NCBI GenBank assembly: GCA_049517335.1
Contig: JBEKSD010000002.1
Coordinates: 64,001-128,000 of the forward strand
Direction: 5' to 3'
From: Candidatus Omnitrophota bacterium
GTDB taxonomy: Bacteria; Omnitrophota; Gorgyraeia; Gygaellales; Profunditerraquicolaceae
Length of the DNA: 64,000 nucleotides
Both the position numbers and the translations under genes were made by a program. Below are positions 49,498 to 58,574 of the stretch, piece by piece. The notes under the pieces are model-generated. The model saw only the letters and a list, made by a program, of their open reading frames with translations, was not told the origin of the DNA and did not search any database. Positions within the stretch are counted from its first letter, which is position 1, and each line of letters begins with the position of its first letter.

Positions 49498-49541
49498 TTA
49501 TTAAATCCTGTCCATGCAAATATTAGATATAATTATATCTT
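49498..49541. repeat. Direct repeat, copy 2 (family C), upstream of the MFS gene
   Basis: TTATTAAATCCTGTCCATGCAAATATTAGATATAATTATATCTT. Confidence 0.75.
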
Positions 49542-49592
49542 GTAGTAAGAGATAGTTCAAGATAATCTGATGCCTTTTTTTAGACTTGTCTG

Positions 49593-49654
49593 AAATTTAA
49601 GAGGTGACTCCCGTAAGGACGCCCAGAAATACGGCGCGACAGAAAGACTCTCTA
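49593..49654. repeat. Third copy of repeat family B
   Basis: AAATTTAAGAGGTGACTCCCGTAAGGACGCCCAGAAA...AGAAAGACTCTCT matches blocks at 43856-43875 and 43953-43985. Confidence 0.75.
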
Positions 49655-49738
49655 TATATAAGCTTTTATAGTTTATATTTAACTCACTCAACACCTGTCT
49701 AACCTTCTCCCTCGAATCTCTACAGTTAAATTCCCTCT

Positions 49739-50875
49739 CTAAAACCTAACATATTTCTCCGCTTTCTTAATCATCTTAGTTTGCCTGCCTAAGTCTTTGA
49801 GAGAGTGAAGCTTTGCTCCATTTTCCCGCAACGCAAGTATCCGCTCAACCATCACCTGCCCTAAACCGGGAACGCGAAGCAGGTGGTATTTATCAGCATT
49901 ATTGATATTCACGGGGAAAAACTCCGGGTGCAACCTCGCCCACATCTCTTTTGGGTCAAGGCTAAGGGATAGATTGCCGTCTGCCTCAAGAGGAATTTCA
50001 TCACCTAAAAAGCCGTATTTACGGATAAGCCAGTCCGCCTGATAGAGACGGTGCTCGCGCGTTAAAAGGTCGCTGTTATTGACGCTCGATTGTTCACCGG
50101 GCAGTTCAGGAGAGCCTGCGCCGCGCTGGTAAGCGCTAAAATAGATTCGGCTTAAGCCTAATTCCTTATATAATTTCCAAGAGTAGCTGAGAATCTCCTT
50201 GTCTGTTTCTTCTGCAGCACCCACTACAAACTGGGTAGTATGTTTAACTCCTGCGTAGTAAGAGCCTTTTGCCGTAAGGCGGCTAATGAGCTGTATCGGA
50301 CGAATGATATCGCGAAGATAATTTTTGGTAGTACTTAGATGCCTGAAATTATTTTCACCAGCAGTTTCAATATTTAACGATACAGCGCTTGCCAAGGCAA
50401 GGCTTGAGCGAATAGCCGCATCAGATGCGCCGGGAATAATTTTTAAATGAATGTAACCCCTGAACTGCTTCCTGCGCAAATTAAGCGCCACGCGGTTAAT
50501 ACGCTCCATAGTAGCATCAGGGCTGTTGCTTACTGCGCTGCTTAAAAAAAGGCCGCTTACCCTGCAGGTTTTGTAATAGGAAAGAAAGGTACTGGTTAAC
50601 TCCTCAGGGCTCAAGGAACAGCGCTGGGCGTCTTTCCCAACTCTGAGTGGACAGTATTTACAGTTATTGACGCACTCATTAGAAAGCAAGGTCTTAAAAA
50701 GATACATGTATCCGCCGTTAGGAAGGGTAACCGGGTATATCCATTTATTATCTTTTGAGCGCTTGCGGTGCTCATCTTCTCGGGTTGCGCAGGCACAGGC
50801 AAGATCGTATTGTGAATCCTGCGATAAAATCGTAAGCTTTTCGGTAGTATCAAGACTTCTCTTAATTAATGCCAT
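49739..50875 (-). CDS. Putative DNA modification/repair radical SAM protein with HhH motif
   Basis: YD.AC, C.NNC.YC, GLFLSS, YIHLKIIPG, REHRLYQADWL and LLRVPGLG motifs. Confidence 0.88.
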   Translation of the reverse strand: MALIKRSLDTTEKLTILSQDSQYDLACACATREDEHRKRSKDNKWIYPVTLPNGGYMYLFKTLLSNECVNNCKYCPLRVGKDAQRCSLSPEELTSTFLSYYKTCRVSGLFLSSAVSNSPDATMERINRVALNLRRKQFRGYIHLKIIPGASDAAIRSSLALASAVSLNIETAGENNFRHLSTTKNYLRDIIRPIQLISRLTAKGSYYAGVKHTTQFVVGAAEETDKEILSYSWKLYKELGLSRIYFSAYQRGAGSPELPGEQSSVNNSDLLTREHRLYQADWLIRKYGFLGDEIPLEADGNLSLSLDPKEMWARLHPEFFPVNINNADKYHLLRVPGLGQVMVERILALRENGAKLHSLKDLGRQTKMIKKAEKYVRF

Positions 50876-50877
50876 TT

Positions 50878-51663
50878 TTAGCGAGAACTTACTAAATCCT
50901 CTAAGGTTATTTCAGGATTGTGATAACGTTTCCTGTTTAGAGTACTCCTTCCATACTGGATAGCCTCTTTTGGGCACCATTGAAGGCAGGCAAAGCATTG
51001 TTCGCATTTATGCAGCCATTCGGGCTTTCCGTTTACAAGCCTGACATTATTCACCGGACAGACCCTTACGCAGATCCCGCAACTATTACATTTATCATTA
51101 ACCCAGAACCCTTTATCCTGAAACGGTATTGATGGCGATGCCAGATTGTAGATTAGGCCTGAGAATATCAGGTTGGCCAGAAAATTACCTCGTTTTATCC
51201 TGCATTGTTTCCCCTCTCTGATTATCCCGGCTATCTCTTTAATCCTTTTTTTCTCTTTTTCAAACAGCTTATTTTGTTTCTCTACCGCTAGAGCTCCGTA
51301 AAGAACCGTATAATTCCCGGGCATCTGGATAAAAAATCCTGCGCTAAGCTGAATACCTAAAGATTTAAACAGCCTGGCATTTTGTCCAAGGGTATCTGCA
51401 GCCAAGCCGCCCCCTGTAGCAATGGCGAAGAAATATTTACCGGGGTTACCTTTAAACTTCTTGATAAAGCGCGTAACGATTAAAGGCATCCCGAATTCAT
51501 AAACAGGATAAATAATACCTATACAGTCTGCCGATAAATCGAGCTCATTGTTAATTACCTGCGCTATATTGATAATACTCGTATCCCTGAGCTCTTTGGC
51601 TAAATCCCGCGCTACTTTCAGGCAGTTCCCTGTTCCCGTAAAATAAAAGATAGTTGTCTTCAA
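50878..51663 (-). CDS. EFR1-type flavodoxin/4Fe-4S ferredoxin fusion
   Basis: YFTGTGN, MPGNY and two CxxCxxCxxxCP motifs. Confidence 0.88.
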   Translation of the reverse strand: MKTTIFYFTGTGNCLKVARDLAKELRDTSIINIAQVINNELDLSADCIGIIYPVYEFGMPLIVTRFIKKFKGNPGKYFFAIATGGGLAADTLGQNARLFKSLGIQLSAGFFIQMPGNYTVLYGALAVEKQNKLFEKEKKRIKEIAGIIREGKQCRIKRGNFLANLIFSGLIYNLASPSIPFQDKGFWVNDKCNSCGICVRVCPVNNVRLVNGKPEWLHKCEQCFACLQWCPKEAIQYGRSTLNRKRYHNPEITLEDLVSSR

Positions 51664-51687
51664 TTACCCCCTCCCCTCTCCTCTTTT

Positions 51688-52182
51688 CTATCTGTAATTT
51701 CCAAATGCAAGCGGGATAGGAAAATCCAACCCCCTTAAGTGCGCGATGACAGCCTGCAGTTCGTCCTTCTTTACCGAACTTACCTTAATCTTTTCTCCTT
51801 CAATTTGAGTTTGCACTTTCAGGCCCAGCCCCTTTATGATAGCTGTCAGCTCTTTTGCCTTCTCCTTATCTATACCCATACAAATCTCAACTACCTGGCG
51901 AAGATACCCTTCAAAAGCCTTTTCAGGGTTATTATATTTTAGAACCTTAAGAGAAACATTCCTTTTAGCCAAACGGGTAAGCAAAATATCGGTAAGGGCA
52001 CGTAGTTTGAAATCATTATCGGCAATCAAAGTAATGTTTTTCTCCTTGCGGTCATAAGCAATAGAAGCCTTGCTGTTTTTAAAATCATAGCGCTGCGAGA
52101 GCTCCTTATTTGCCTGATTTACCGCATTATCCACTTCCTGCAACTCTACCTCAGAAACAATATCAAAAGAAAAATTTGCCAT
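51688..52182 (-). CDS. yajQ: YajQ family nucleotide (c-di-GMP)-binding protein
   Basis: SFDIVSEV..QEVDNAVNQ..KE...RYDFK and KKDELQ...F.NYR motifs. Confidence 0.93.
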   Translation of the reverse strand: MANFSFDIVSEVELQEVDNAVNQANKELSQRYDFKNSKASIAYDRKEKNITLIADNDFKLRALTDILLTRLAKRNVSLKVLKYNNPEKAFEGYLRQVVEICMGIDKEKAKELTAIIKGLGLKVQTQIEGEKIKVSSVKKDELQAVIAHLRGLDFPIPLAFGNYR

Positions 52183-52195
52183 ATCCTATCTCCCG

Positions 52196-53104
52196 TTAAA
52201 ATAATAAAATCCCAATATAAACAAGATTAACCCCTATATTAACCAAAATCGTGAGTAAACACATTCTCTCAAGCAGGACACGGTTGTTAAAATTCCCTGA
52301 GGCCATTATACAGATAGCTAGAAGAGAAATAACGCCAACCGGTAAATAAAATAAGCCTCCGGCTAGCGGCAAACCTTTAGTCAAAGAAATCAAAAATATT
52401 ATAATTCCGCTTATCGCTACTAAGAGATAAATAAAAGCGGCCTTCTCCTTGCCAAGCCTGACCACTAAATTCCTTTTATTGGCCTGGATATCTGCCTGAT
52501 AATCAGGGAATTCATTTATTAATATCACATTAAAGATCGAACAGGCAATGGGAATTGCGATCCAGTTCAGATGAGAATTTATGCTACCTGCTTGCAGGTA
52601 AAACCCCACTACCAGAGGAAGCCAACCATAGCTATAGGCTATAAATAACTCCCCAATCCCTCTTTTTACCCAGCGCAAAGGTGGTTTTGAATAATAAAAA
52701 CCGGTAATTATACCGCTTAAGCCCAGAGGTATGGTCCAAGGGCCTGTTTTAAAATAAAACTGAAGCAGTAACCCAATTGCGCATGCGCTTATTATTATTA
52801 AACGACTGGCTAAATCGACTTTGTCTGAAGAAACCAACCCGTCCACAATGACCTGGCTGCCTCCGTAAAATGGGCTTCTTCCCAGTTTCGCCGAAAACCT
52901 GTCTTCATTTATATCATATATCTCTCCGTTAAAATTTGCCGAGAGCATAATAAGCACGACCGCGCCAAGCCCCCAAAGAAATACCGGAAAGTTGAAAACT
53001 TTTACCGTTCGTAAGGCAAGAAGTGAACCGGCCACAAAAGGCAGTGCACCTGCGAAATGAAACGGCAAACGAGCAAGCAAAATCCATTTAATAATCGTTT
53101 TCAT
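52196..53104 (-). CDS. UbiA/MenA-like prenyltransferase
   Basis: Multi-TM; N..IYD, YS.PPLR...RG.GE and NEFPDY.AD...KR.LVVRLG motifs. Confidence 0.85.
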   Translation of the reverse strand: MKTIIKWILLARLPFHFAGALPFVAGSLLALRTVKVFNFPVFLWGLGAVVLIMLSANFNGEIYDINEDRFSAKLGRSPFYGGSQVIVDGLVSSDKVDLASRLIIISACAIGLLLQFYFKTGPWTIPLGLSGIITGFYYSKPPLRWVKRGIGELFIAYSYGWLPLVVGFYLQAGSINSHLNWIAIPIACSIFNVILINEFPDYQADIQANKRNLVVRLGKEKAAFIYLLVAISGIIIFLISLTKGLPLAGGLFYLPVGVISLLAICIMASGNFNNRVLLERMCLLTILVNIGVNLVYIGILLF

Positions 53105-53495
53105 TTACCTTGGCGCGCAGGGATTTCTTTTCCGAGCGCTTGCGTTTTGCTTCCAGAATTTTTAATTTTGCCCTGCGGGAACGCCGGCGCTTCTGCCTGC
53201 GGATTTTTTCTCTACGCCTATTTTCTTCGGAAAGCTTTCCTAAGGTCCGGGATTCAATCTTTTTTAACAATATTCTTCTGGCGAGCAGCCTATTTGCGGA
53301 TTGAATTCGTTCCTGCTGACATTTAACTTCAATGCCGGTGGGGATATGGCGCAGATATACGCAGGTTGAAACTTTATTTACATTCTGCCCTCCGGGCCCC
53401 TGCGCACGGATGAATTTCTCAACAATATCCTTCTCCCGCACGCCCAGGCGCGCCATCAGTTCACGCGTTTCTTTTTCCTTATCCAAAGCAATCAT
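53088..53495 (-). CDS. Peptide chain release factor-like (ArfB-type) peptidyl-tRNA hydrolase
   Basis: GPGGQNVNKV (GGQ) and a very basic C-terminal tail. Confidence 0.88.
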   Translation of the reverse strand: MIALDKEKETRELMARLGVREKDIVEKFIRAQGPGGQNVNKVSTCVYLRHIPTGIEVKCQQERIQSANRLLARRILLKKIESRTLGKLSEENRRREKIRRQKRRRSRRAKLKILEAKRKRSEKKSLRAKVNENDY

Positions 53496-53601
53496 TATTT
53501 CATTCCGTATTACCCTGTTTTTTTACATTTTTAAATATCATCAAAGTTATCAGGTAGGCGAAGAAGCCAAAAAGTAAACCCAATAGAATATACCTCCCTT
53601 T

Positions 53602-54576
53602 TTAAGAGCCTTCCTTTAATAACGAAGGTTTGATGTTTACTCCAGCAAACCTTTCTTCTCCGTAGGATTCCTGAATCCAGCCGTTATCCAGACCGAAATT
53701 ATGCATTATATCCTGCGCCTCTGTATATTCTTTTTCCTTAAGGCGGCGACCGATATCCGAAAACTCTCTTGCTTTATAATACGGCAGGTATTGGCTCATA
53801 AGGCTGATGTAGGTCTCAGGAGAAAGTTCCTCACTTATAAATTTCATAATTGAGTGCGTTCCCGAAACACCATTGGGTAAAACCAAATGCCTTAGAATAA
53901 CGCCTCTCTGGATTATGCCTTCCTTGTCAATATCGGCAATGCCTACCTGTCTGTGCATTTCTTTAAGGGATGCCTGATTATATTCAGGGTAACTGGGCGC
54001 TGATGAATATTTAATTGCCATTGAGCTGTCGCCGTAGCGCATATCAACAAGGTAAATATCCACGATCCCTTCAAGCATCTTTATAATCTCCGGCAATTCA
54101 TAACCAGACGTATTATAAACTAAAGGTATATTCAGGCCTTGGGGAACGGCAATCAGAAGGCTTTTTAGGATTTGCGGCATCACGTGGGTAGGCGTCACAA
54201 GGTTTATATTATGGCATCCTGACTTTTGCAGTTGCAACATAAAATCCGCCAATTCTTCAGGTGGCACTTCCCTACCTTGGCCTAATTGACTGAATTCATA
54301 GTTCTGACAATATACGCAAGCCATATTGCAGTGGGAAAAAAATATCGTCCCTGAACCGTTCTTTCCTGAAACAGCCGGCTCTTCCCCGTGATGGCCCATA
54401 AAACTACAGACCTTTGCCTTAAGACCCGTCTTACAGAACCCTACCTCACCCTTTTTACGGTTAACTTTACATTTACGCGGGCAAATTGAACAGGACTCAA
54501 GCATACTAAACGCTTTGTTGGCAATTCTTTGTAGTTTTCCGCTATTAAATGTTTCTAAATAAGAGGGAGAGCGCAT
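53602..54576 (-). CDS. PflX-like radical SAM protein
   Basis: C.ICPR.C...R, HHGEE, CNMACVYCQN, HNINLVTP and RHLVLP motifs. Confidence 0.88.
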   Translation of the reverse strand: MRSPSYLETFNSGKLQRIANKAFSMLESCSICPRKCKVNRKKGEVGFCKTGLKAKVCSFMGHHGEEPAVSGKNGSGTIFFSHCNMACVYCQNYEFSQLGQGREVPPEELADFMLQLQKSGCHNINLVTPTHVMPQILKSLLIAVPQGLNIPLVYNTSGYELPEIIKMLEGIVDIYLVDMRYGDSSMAIKYSSAPSYPEYNQASLKEMHRQVGIADIDKEGIIQRGVILRHLVLPNGVSGTHSIMKFISEELSPETYISLMSQYLPYYKAREFSDIGRRLKEKEYTEAQDIMHNFGLDNGWIQESYGEERFAGVNIKPSLLKEGS

Positions 54577-55100
54577 ATTTTCTTCAGTTGTTGCCCGTAT
54601 ATTTCCCTTATCCTGGTTAATATATCTATATATTCTTTGGTCTTATAGTCCTGGTAAGTCCATTCCCCCGGTAGAAAAGTATTATGCTTAAAATACAAAG
54701 TTATTTCCGCAAATATCCCTTTGTCCAGATAAATACGGTGGATATAATCTTTAGTAGTTGCCAAAATATATTTAGCCGAGTCCAGGTATCCCGGGTCAAT
54801 ATTAACCAGGCGTAGCCCAAGCCTAGAAAATTTACCTTCTACTCTGTTAGTAAATAATTTTATTTTTACGAGTTCTTGTGGGTATATTAGGTTTGAAAAA
54901 CTTAAGAATTTCTTTTTTAAGTTGCTGCCGAACTCAAACTCATAGTAATCGGTGAAATTAAAGGGGAGGATACTGCTTTCGTAATCAACGGCACCGAATT
55001 TTCTTTTTAAGATTGTTTCGGCTTTTTTTAATACGGATTCTTCCTTAAAAATCAGGCCCATTACCAGTTTGACGGGATTTGCTTTTCTTACCTTCCCCAT
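54555..55100 (-). CDS. DUF4416 family protein
   Basis: T.YY..E.G, R.VNIDPGY, LATTK...HRIYL..GI and WTY.DY pattern. Confidence 0.8.
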   Translation of the reverse strand: MGKVRKANPVKLVMGLIFKEESVLKKAETILKRKFGAVDYESSILPFNFTDYYEFEFGSNLKKKFLSFSNLIYPQELVKIKLFTNRVEGKFSRLGLRLVNIDPGYLDSAKYILATTKDYIHRIYLDKGIFAEITLYFKHNTFLPGEWTYQDYKTKEYIDILTRIREIYGQQLKKICALPLI

Positions 55101-55480
55101 GTCACTGCGGCAGGAGCTTCCTTAGGCAGGAATTGATTCACATATTGCGAGATCTTCTTACGCTGGTCTTCCCTTATTCTGTTAAAAAATATGGCGACAT
55201 TAAATCCGCTACCGTCCGGCTCATCCTGAACCCTCACAATCACGCCGTTACATTCAATAGCCAGATGTTTTACTCCCTCACTCATGGCCACAGGGAGGCT
55301 TAATTTTATAGCTACCCGCGTAAACGGCGGGATGTACTTATCAATACGGCAATAAGTGCCGAGGCAGCTAATATTCTGGGTTGCGGTCTTGAAATCAAAG
55401 CCGTTGGCCGCTACCTTAAGCGGCAGAGAATGGTCCAGGCGCGGATGCAGCCTTTTCTCTACGCCTATTTTCTTAATCAT
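55088..55480 (-). CDS. PilZ domain protein
   Basis: EKRLHPR (RxxxR) and NISCLG motifs. Confidence 0.8.
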   Translation of the reverse strand: MIKKIGVEKRLHPRLDHSLPLKVAANGFDFKTATQNISCLGTYCRIDKYIPPFTRVAIKLSLPVAMSEGVKHLAIECNGVIVRVQDEPDGSGFNVAIFFNRIREDQRKKISQYVNQFLPKEAPAAVTWGR

Positions 55481-55680
55481 TGTTTCTTCTCCGCTTTTTG
55501 CTTCTCCAAAAAGTCTTTATAGCATTTCTTGGCGCAATAGAATTTACCGTCGCGGTAATAACGTTTTAGCTTCTTGATAGGTTTATTGCAGGTTATGCAA
55601 TTTGCCTGTTTCTCTACTTTTGGTTGTTCTGCTACAATTACCGGAGCCGCTACCTGCGGTGCCTGTGTCTGATCTGCCAT
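55477..55680 (-). CDS. Small Cys-rich (zinc-finger-like) protein
   Basis: CxxC...YYR.GK.YCxxxC; AAGGA RBS; ATGA coupling to the PilZ gene. Confidence 0.6.
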   Translation of the reverse strand: MADQTQAPQVAAPVIVAEQPKVEKQANCITCNKPIKKLKRYYRDGKFYCAKKCYKDFLEKQKAEKKQ

Positions 55681-55705
55681 TTCTTTTTAAATTTCCTTTC
55701 GTTGT

Positions 55706-56044
55706 TTAAGCTTGTTGTGTGCTCACGTAATCCGCCAAGTATCCCTTATCAGTCAGCCCCAATTCTATGAATTCCAGCCCGATATGATTCCTGTAAGAGT
55801 GCGGCAGGGGCTGAGTACGGGTAACCTTGCCTATCGCCCTTAATGTCCGCGAAAAAATGTTAATTTCCAGCATTAACGGAGTTGCGGGAGGTATGAAACG
55901 TTCGCTTACGAACCCTAAACCGCCTAAGCTGATATTATCACAGATTGTGTTATCAATACGGGACTCGCCCCTTACCTGATAAGTAACGGGGGTACGCAGT
56001 TCAACACGGGGAAAACGCCTGTTATCTTTTGTAATAGCGGCCAT
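55706..56044 (-). CDS. PilZ domain protein
   Basis: NRRFPR, NISLGG and GLEF motifs; start moved to MAAI at 56044. Confidence 0.82.
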   Translation of the reverse strand: MAAITKDNRRFPRVELRTPVTYQVRGESRIDNTICDNISLGGLGFVSERFIPPATPLMLEINIFSRTLRAIGKVTRTQPLPHSYRNHIGLEFIELGLTDKGYLADYVSTQQA

Positions 56045-56098
56045 GATTTCCTTAAAAAATATTTTAAGAGAAGCCGTGGCTTTCCTTCCCTGTTGTAA

Positions 56099-56159
56099 AT
56101 AGTAACACATAATCCAACTGATGTCAATACTTTACAAGGGGGCGTAATTTTGTTATAAT
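56099..56159. promoter_or_regulatory. Back-to-back divergent sigma-70 promoters
   Basis: On -: TTGACA-N17-TACTAT; on +: TTTACA-N17-TATAAT with extended TG. Confidence 0.65.
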
Positions 56160-56175
56160 CATTGATGAGGAAAAT

Positions 56176-57000
56176 ATGTATTCTGAATTTTTTCAATTAA
56201 AAGAGCGCCCCTTTAACGTCACATCAGACCCTGCTTTCTTCTATTTTAGCCGCAAACACAAAGAAGCCCTCTCCCATCTTCTTTACGGCGTCTCCCAGAG
56301 AAAAGGGATTATCGTTCTAACCGGAGAAATCGGTACCGGGAAAACTACGCTTTGCCGCTATTTCTTAAACCAACTCGGCTCAAACGTCAAAACAGCCTTT
56401 ATCCTTAACCCCCATTTTTCAGAAATGCAATTACTGGAAGCTATAGTCAAGGATTTCGGCATTACGCCGCGCGATAATTCCCGTCTCGGCTTGGTTAAAG
56501 ATTTAAATAGATTCCTGCTTAATGAGTCCGAAGCACAGAATAACGTTGTTTTGATTATTGACGAAGCCCAGAACCTTAAGACCCAGATGCTTGAGCAGGT
56601 ACGCCTGCTTTCTAACCTTGAGACCGATAAGGAGAAATTATTACAGGTATTGTTAGTGGGGCAACCTGAATTAAATAAACGGTTAAATGTTTATGATTTG
56701 CGTCAACTCAGACAAAGGATAATGGTCAGGTACCATATCGCTCCGCTAGAGGAAGACGAAATAAAAAATTATATTTATCATCGTTTAACCGTTGCGGGCT
56801 CGGATGGAAGGATAATCTTTACAGATGAAGCCGTTAAGATGATCTGGAATTTCTCCGCCGGTACTCCCCGTTTGATTAATATGCTTTGCGATCGTTCGCT
56901 CTTAGCCGCCTTTGTCGTCGAAACGCACAAGATTGACGCAGAGATTATAAAAAGAAGCCTTGAAGAACTGGAAAGTTATTTTGTGGGAGAAAAACTTTGA
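56176..57000 (+). CDS. ExeA/GspA-type AAA ATPase (cytoplasmic domain only)
   Basis: MY..FF.L...PF, GEIGTGKT, IIDEAQ, LVGQPEL and G.PRLIN.LCDR motifs. Confidence 0.9.
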   Translation: MYSEFFQLKERPFNVTSDPAFFYFSRKHKEALSHLLYGVSQRKGIIVLTGEIGTGKTTLCRYFLNQLGSNVKTAFILNPHFSEMQLLEAIVKDFGITPRDNSRLGLVKDLNRFLLNESEAQNNVVLIIDEAQNLKTQMLEQVRLLSNLETDKEKLLQVLLVGQPELNKRLNVYDLRQLRQRIMVRYHIAPLEEDEIKNYIYHRLTVAGSDGRIIFTDEAVKMIWNFSAGTPRLINMLCDRSLLAAFVVETHKIDAEIIKRSLEELESYFVGEKL

Positions 57001-57485
57001 GTATAATCTATGACGCTCTTAAGAAAGTTGAACAATCAGGCACTCCTCTTTTAAAAAATAAAAGCGATAAGGAAATAACTGTGCCTAAAAATAAGGTGAA
57101 AAGATACCTTATCTATATTTTATTTATGGCGCTGGGATTATTTTTCGCGAACATTCTTTTATCTTACCTCGGACCGGCGCTCACCAAAGTTAAAGCCGTA
57201 AATGAAACCAAAAGTAACCTCACCCAAAACAAACTTCCTATTCAGCCACCCGTACAGCAAACCCTTCCTCCTCCTGCTATTATAGAAAAACCCGCACCTC
57301 CTCCTAAGCCAACGCTTGCGTTAAACGGAATATTTTTCTCAGGAGAGGAAAGTTACGCGCTTATTAATAATCAGATTGTAAAAGTGGGGGATAAAATCAG
57401 CGGGGCTGTCATTAAGAAAATTTCTTCCGATGAAGTGCTGCTTAATTTTGAAGGGTCGGAAATAAAGCTAACTACGGCCCATTAA
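56997..57485 (+). CDS. ExeB/GspB-like membrane protein
   Basis: MSIIYDALKK N-terminus, TM helix, Pro-rich linker, L.LNGI......ALINNQIV..GD domain. Confidence 0.7.
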   Translation: MSIIYDALKKVEQSGTPLLKNKSDKEITVPKNKVKRYLIYILFMALGLFFANILLSYLGPALTKVKAVNETKSNLTQNKLPIQPPVQQTLPPPAIIEKPAPPPKPTLALNGIFFSGEESYALINNQIVKVGDKISGAVIKKISSDEVLLNFEGSEIKLTTAH

Positions 57486-58566
57486 TCCTGTTTCTGAGCG
57501 CCTCTTTTATAATAGCAAACGGAATATTATCAACAACTTTCACCTTTCCTATTCCGGCGCAAAGCACAAACCTGTTTCTTTTCCCGGTGAATTTCTTATC
57601 TTTATAATGAGCACTAATAATATTTCCCGAGTCTATTTTCTCAATAGTTATCGGCAGACCCGTTTCTTTTATGACCTTTTCAATACGCCCTAAAGTCTTA
57701 CTATCAGTTAAACCAAGCGCAACGCTTATATCGCCTGCCACAAGCATACCTATGGCCACCGCTTCCCCATGATTATAAGAGTTGTACCTGCCGGCTGTCT
57801 CAATCGCATGCCCCAAAGTATGGCCGAAATTTAATATAGTACGAAAACCTCTTTCTTCGCGTTCATCTTTACTTACGATATCGGCTTTGATTTTACTACA
57901 ACGCTCAACAATAAACTCTAAATACGTCTGTCTCTTTTTTAAGACGGATTTATAATTTTTTGCAAGGAAAGAAAACAACTCCTTGTCTTTTATAATCCCG
58001 TATTTGATGACCTCTGCCAACCCGGTTTTCAACTGCCGGGAAGAGAGGGTCTGTAAAAAATTGGTGTCGCTAAAGACAAGCCGCGGCTGATAGAATGCTC
58101 CCACAAGGTTTTTGCCTGCTGACAGGTCTATAGCGGTCTTGCCTCCGATGGCCGAATCCACCTGAGCCAATAATGTAGTCGGTATTTGAATATAGGGAAC
58201 CCCGCGTTTATAAATAGAAGCGACGAAACCGCCTAAATCTCCTACCACTCCTCCACCGAAAGAAATTATGAAGACTCTTCTGGCTTTATCAAAGCCTGCT
58301 AAATCTTTAATTACTGCGGAAGCAGTTTCTACGGACTTACTTTTCTCGGTATCTGGAATTATCCTGAATCTGGCAGTTATACCCGAAGCCCTTAGTGAAG
58401 ATTCCAGAGCTTTACCGAATTTCGTTCTTATAAGCTTATTTGTAATTATAAAAGCATCTGTACCTAATTTTAAAGCTCTGATTTCCCTGCTAAGGCGCTT
58501 AAGGATACCGCTTCCTACAATAATCTTATAAGAGCGCTTCTTAAGATTTACTTTTATTATTTTCAT
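57472..58566 (-). CDS. aroB: 3-dehydroquinate synthase
   Basis: GGGVVGDLGGF, PTTLLAQVD, KNLVGAFYQP and LNFGHTLGHAIE motifs. Confidence 0.97.
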   Translation of the reverse strand: MKIIKVNLKKRSYKIIVGSGILKRLSREIRALKLGTDAFIITNKLIRTKFGKALESSLRASGITARFRIIPDTEKSKSVETASAVIKDLAGFDKARRVFIISFGGGVVGDLGGFVASIYKRGVPYIQIPTTLLAQVDSAIGGKTAIDLSAGKNLVGAFYQPRLVFSDTNFLQTLSSRQLKTGLAEVIKYGIIKDKELFSFLAKNYKSVLKKRQTYLEFIVERCSKIKADIVSKDEREERGFRTILNFGHTLGHAIETAGRYNSYNHGEAVAIGMLVAGDISVALGLTDSKTLGRIEKVIKETGLPITIEKIDSGNIISAHYKDKKFTGKRNRFVLCAGIGKVKVVDNIPFAIIKEALRNRINGP

Positions 58567-58574
58567 TGTCGGTT

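Noticed and set aside
38670-51663. Integron cassette array or prophage/ICE explaining the co-oriented accessory genes
   Set aside because: No integrase, phage genes or RYYYAAC...GTTRRRY attC sites seen; co-orientation is explained by the replichore.
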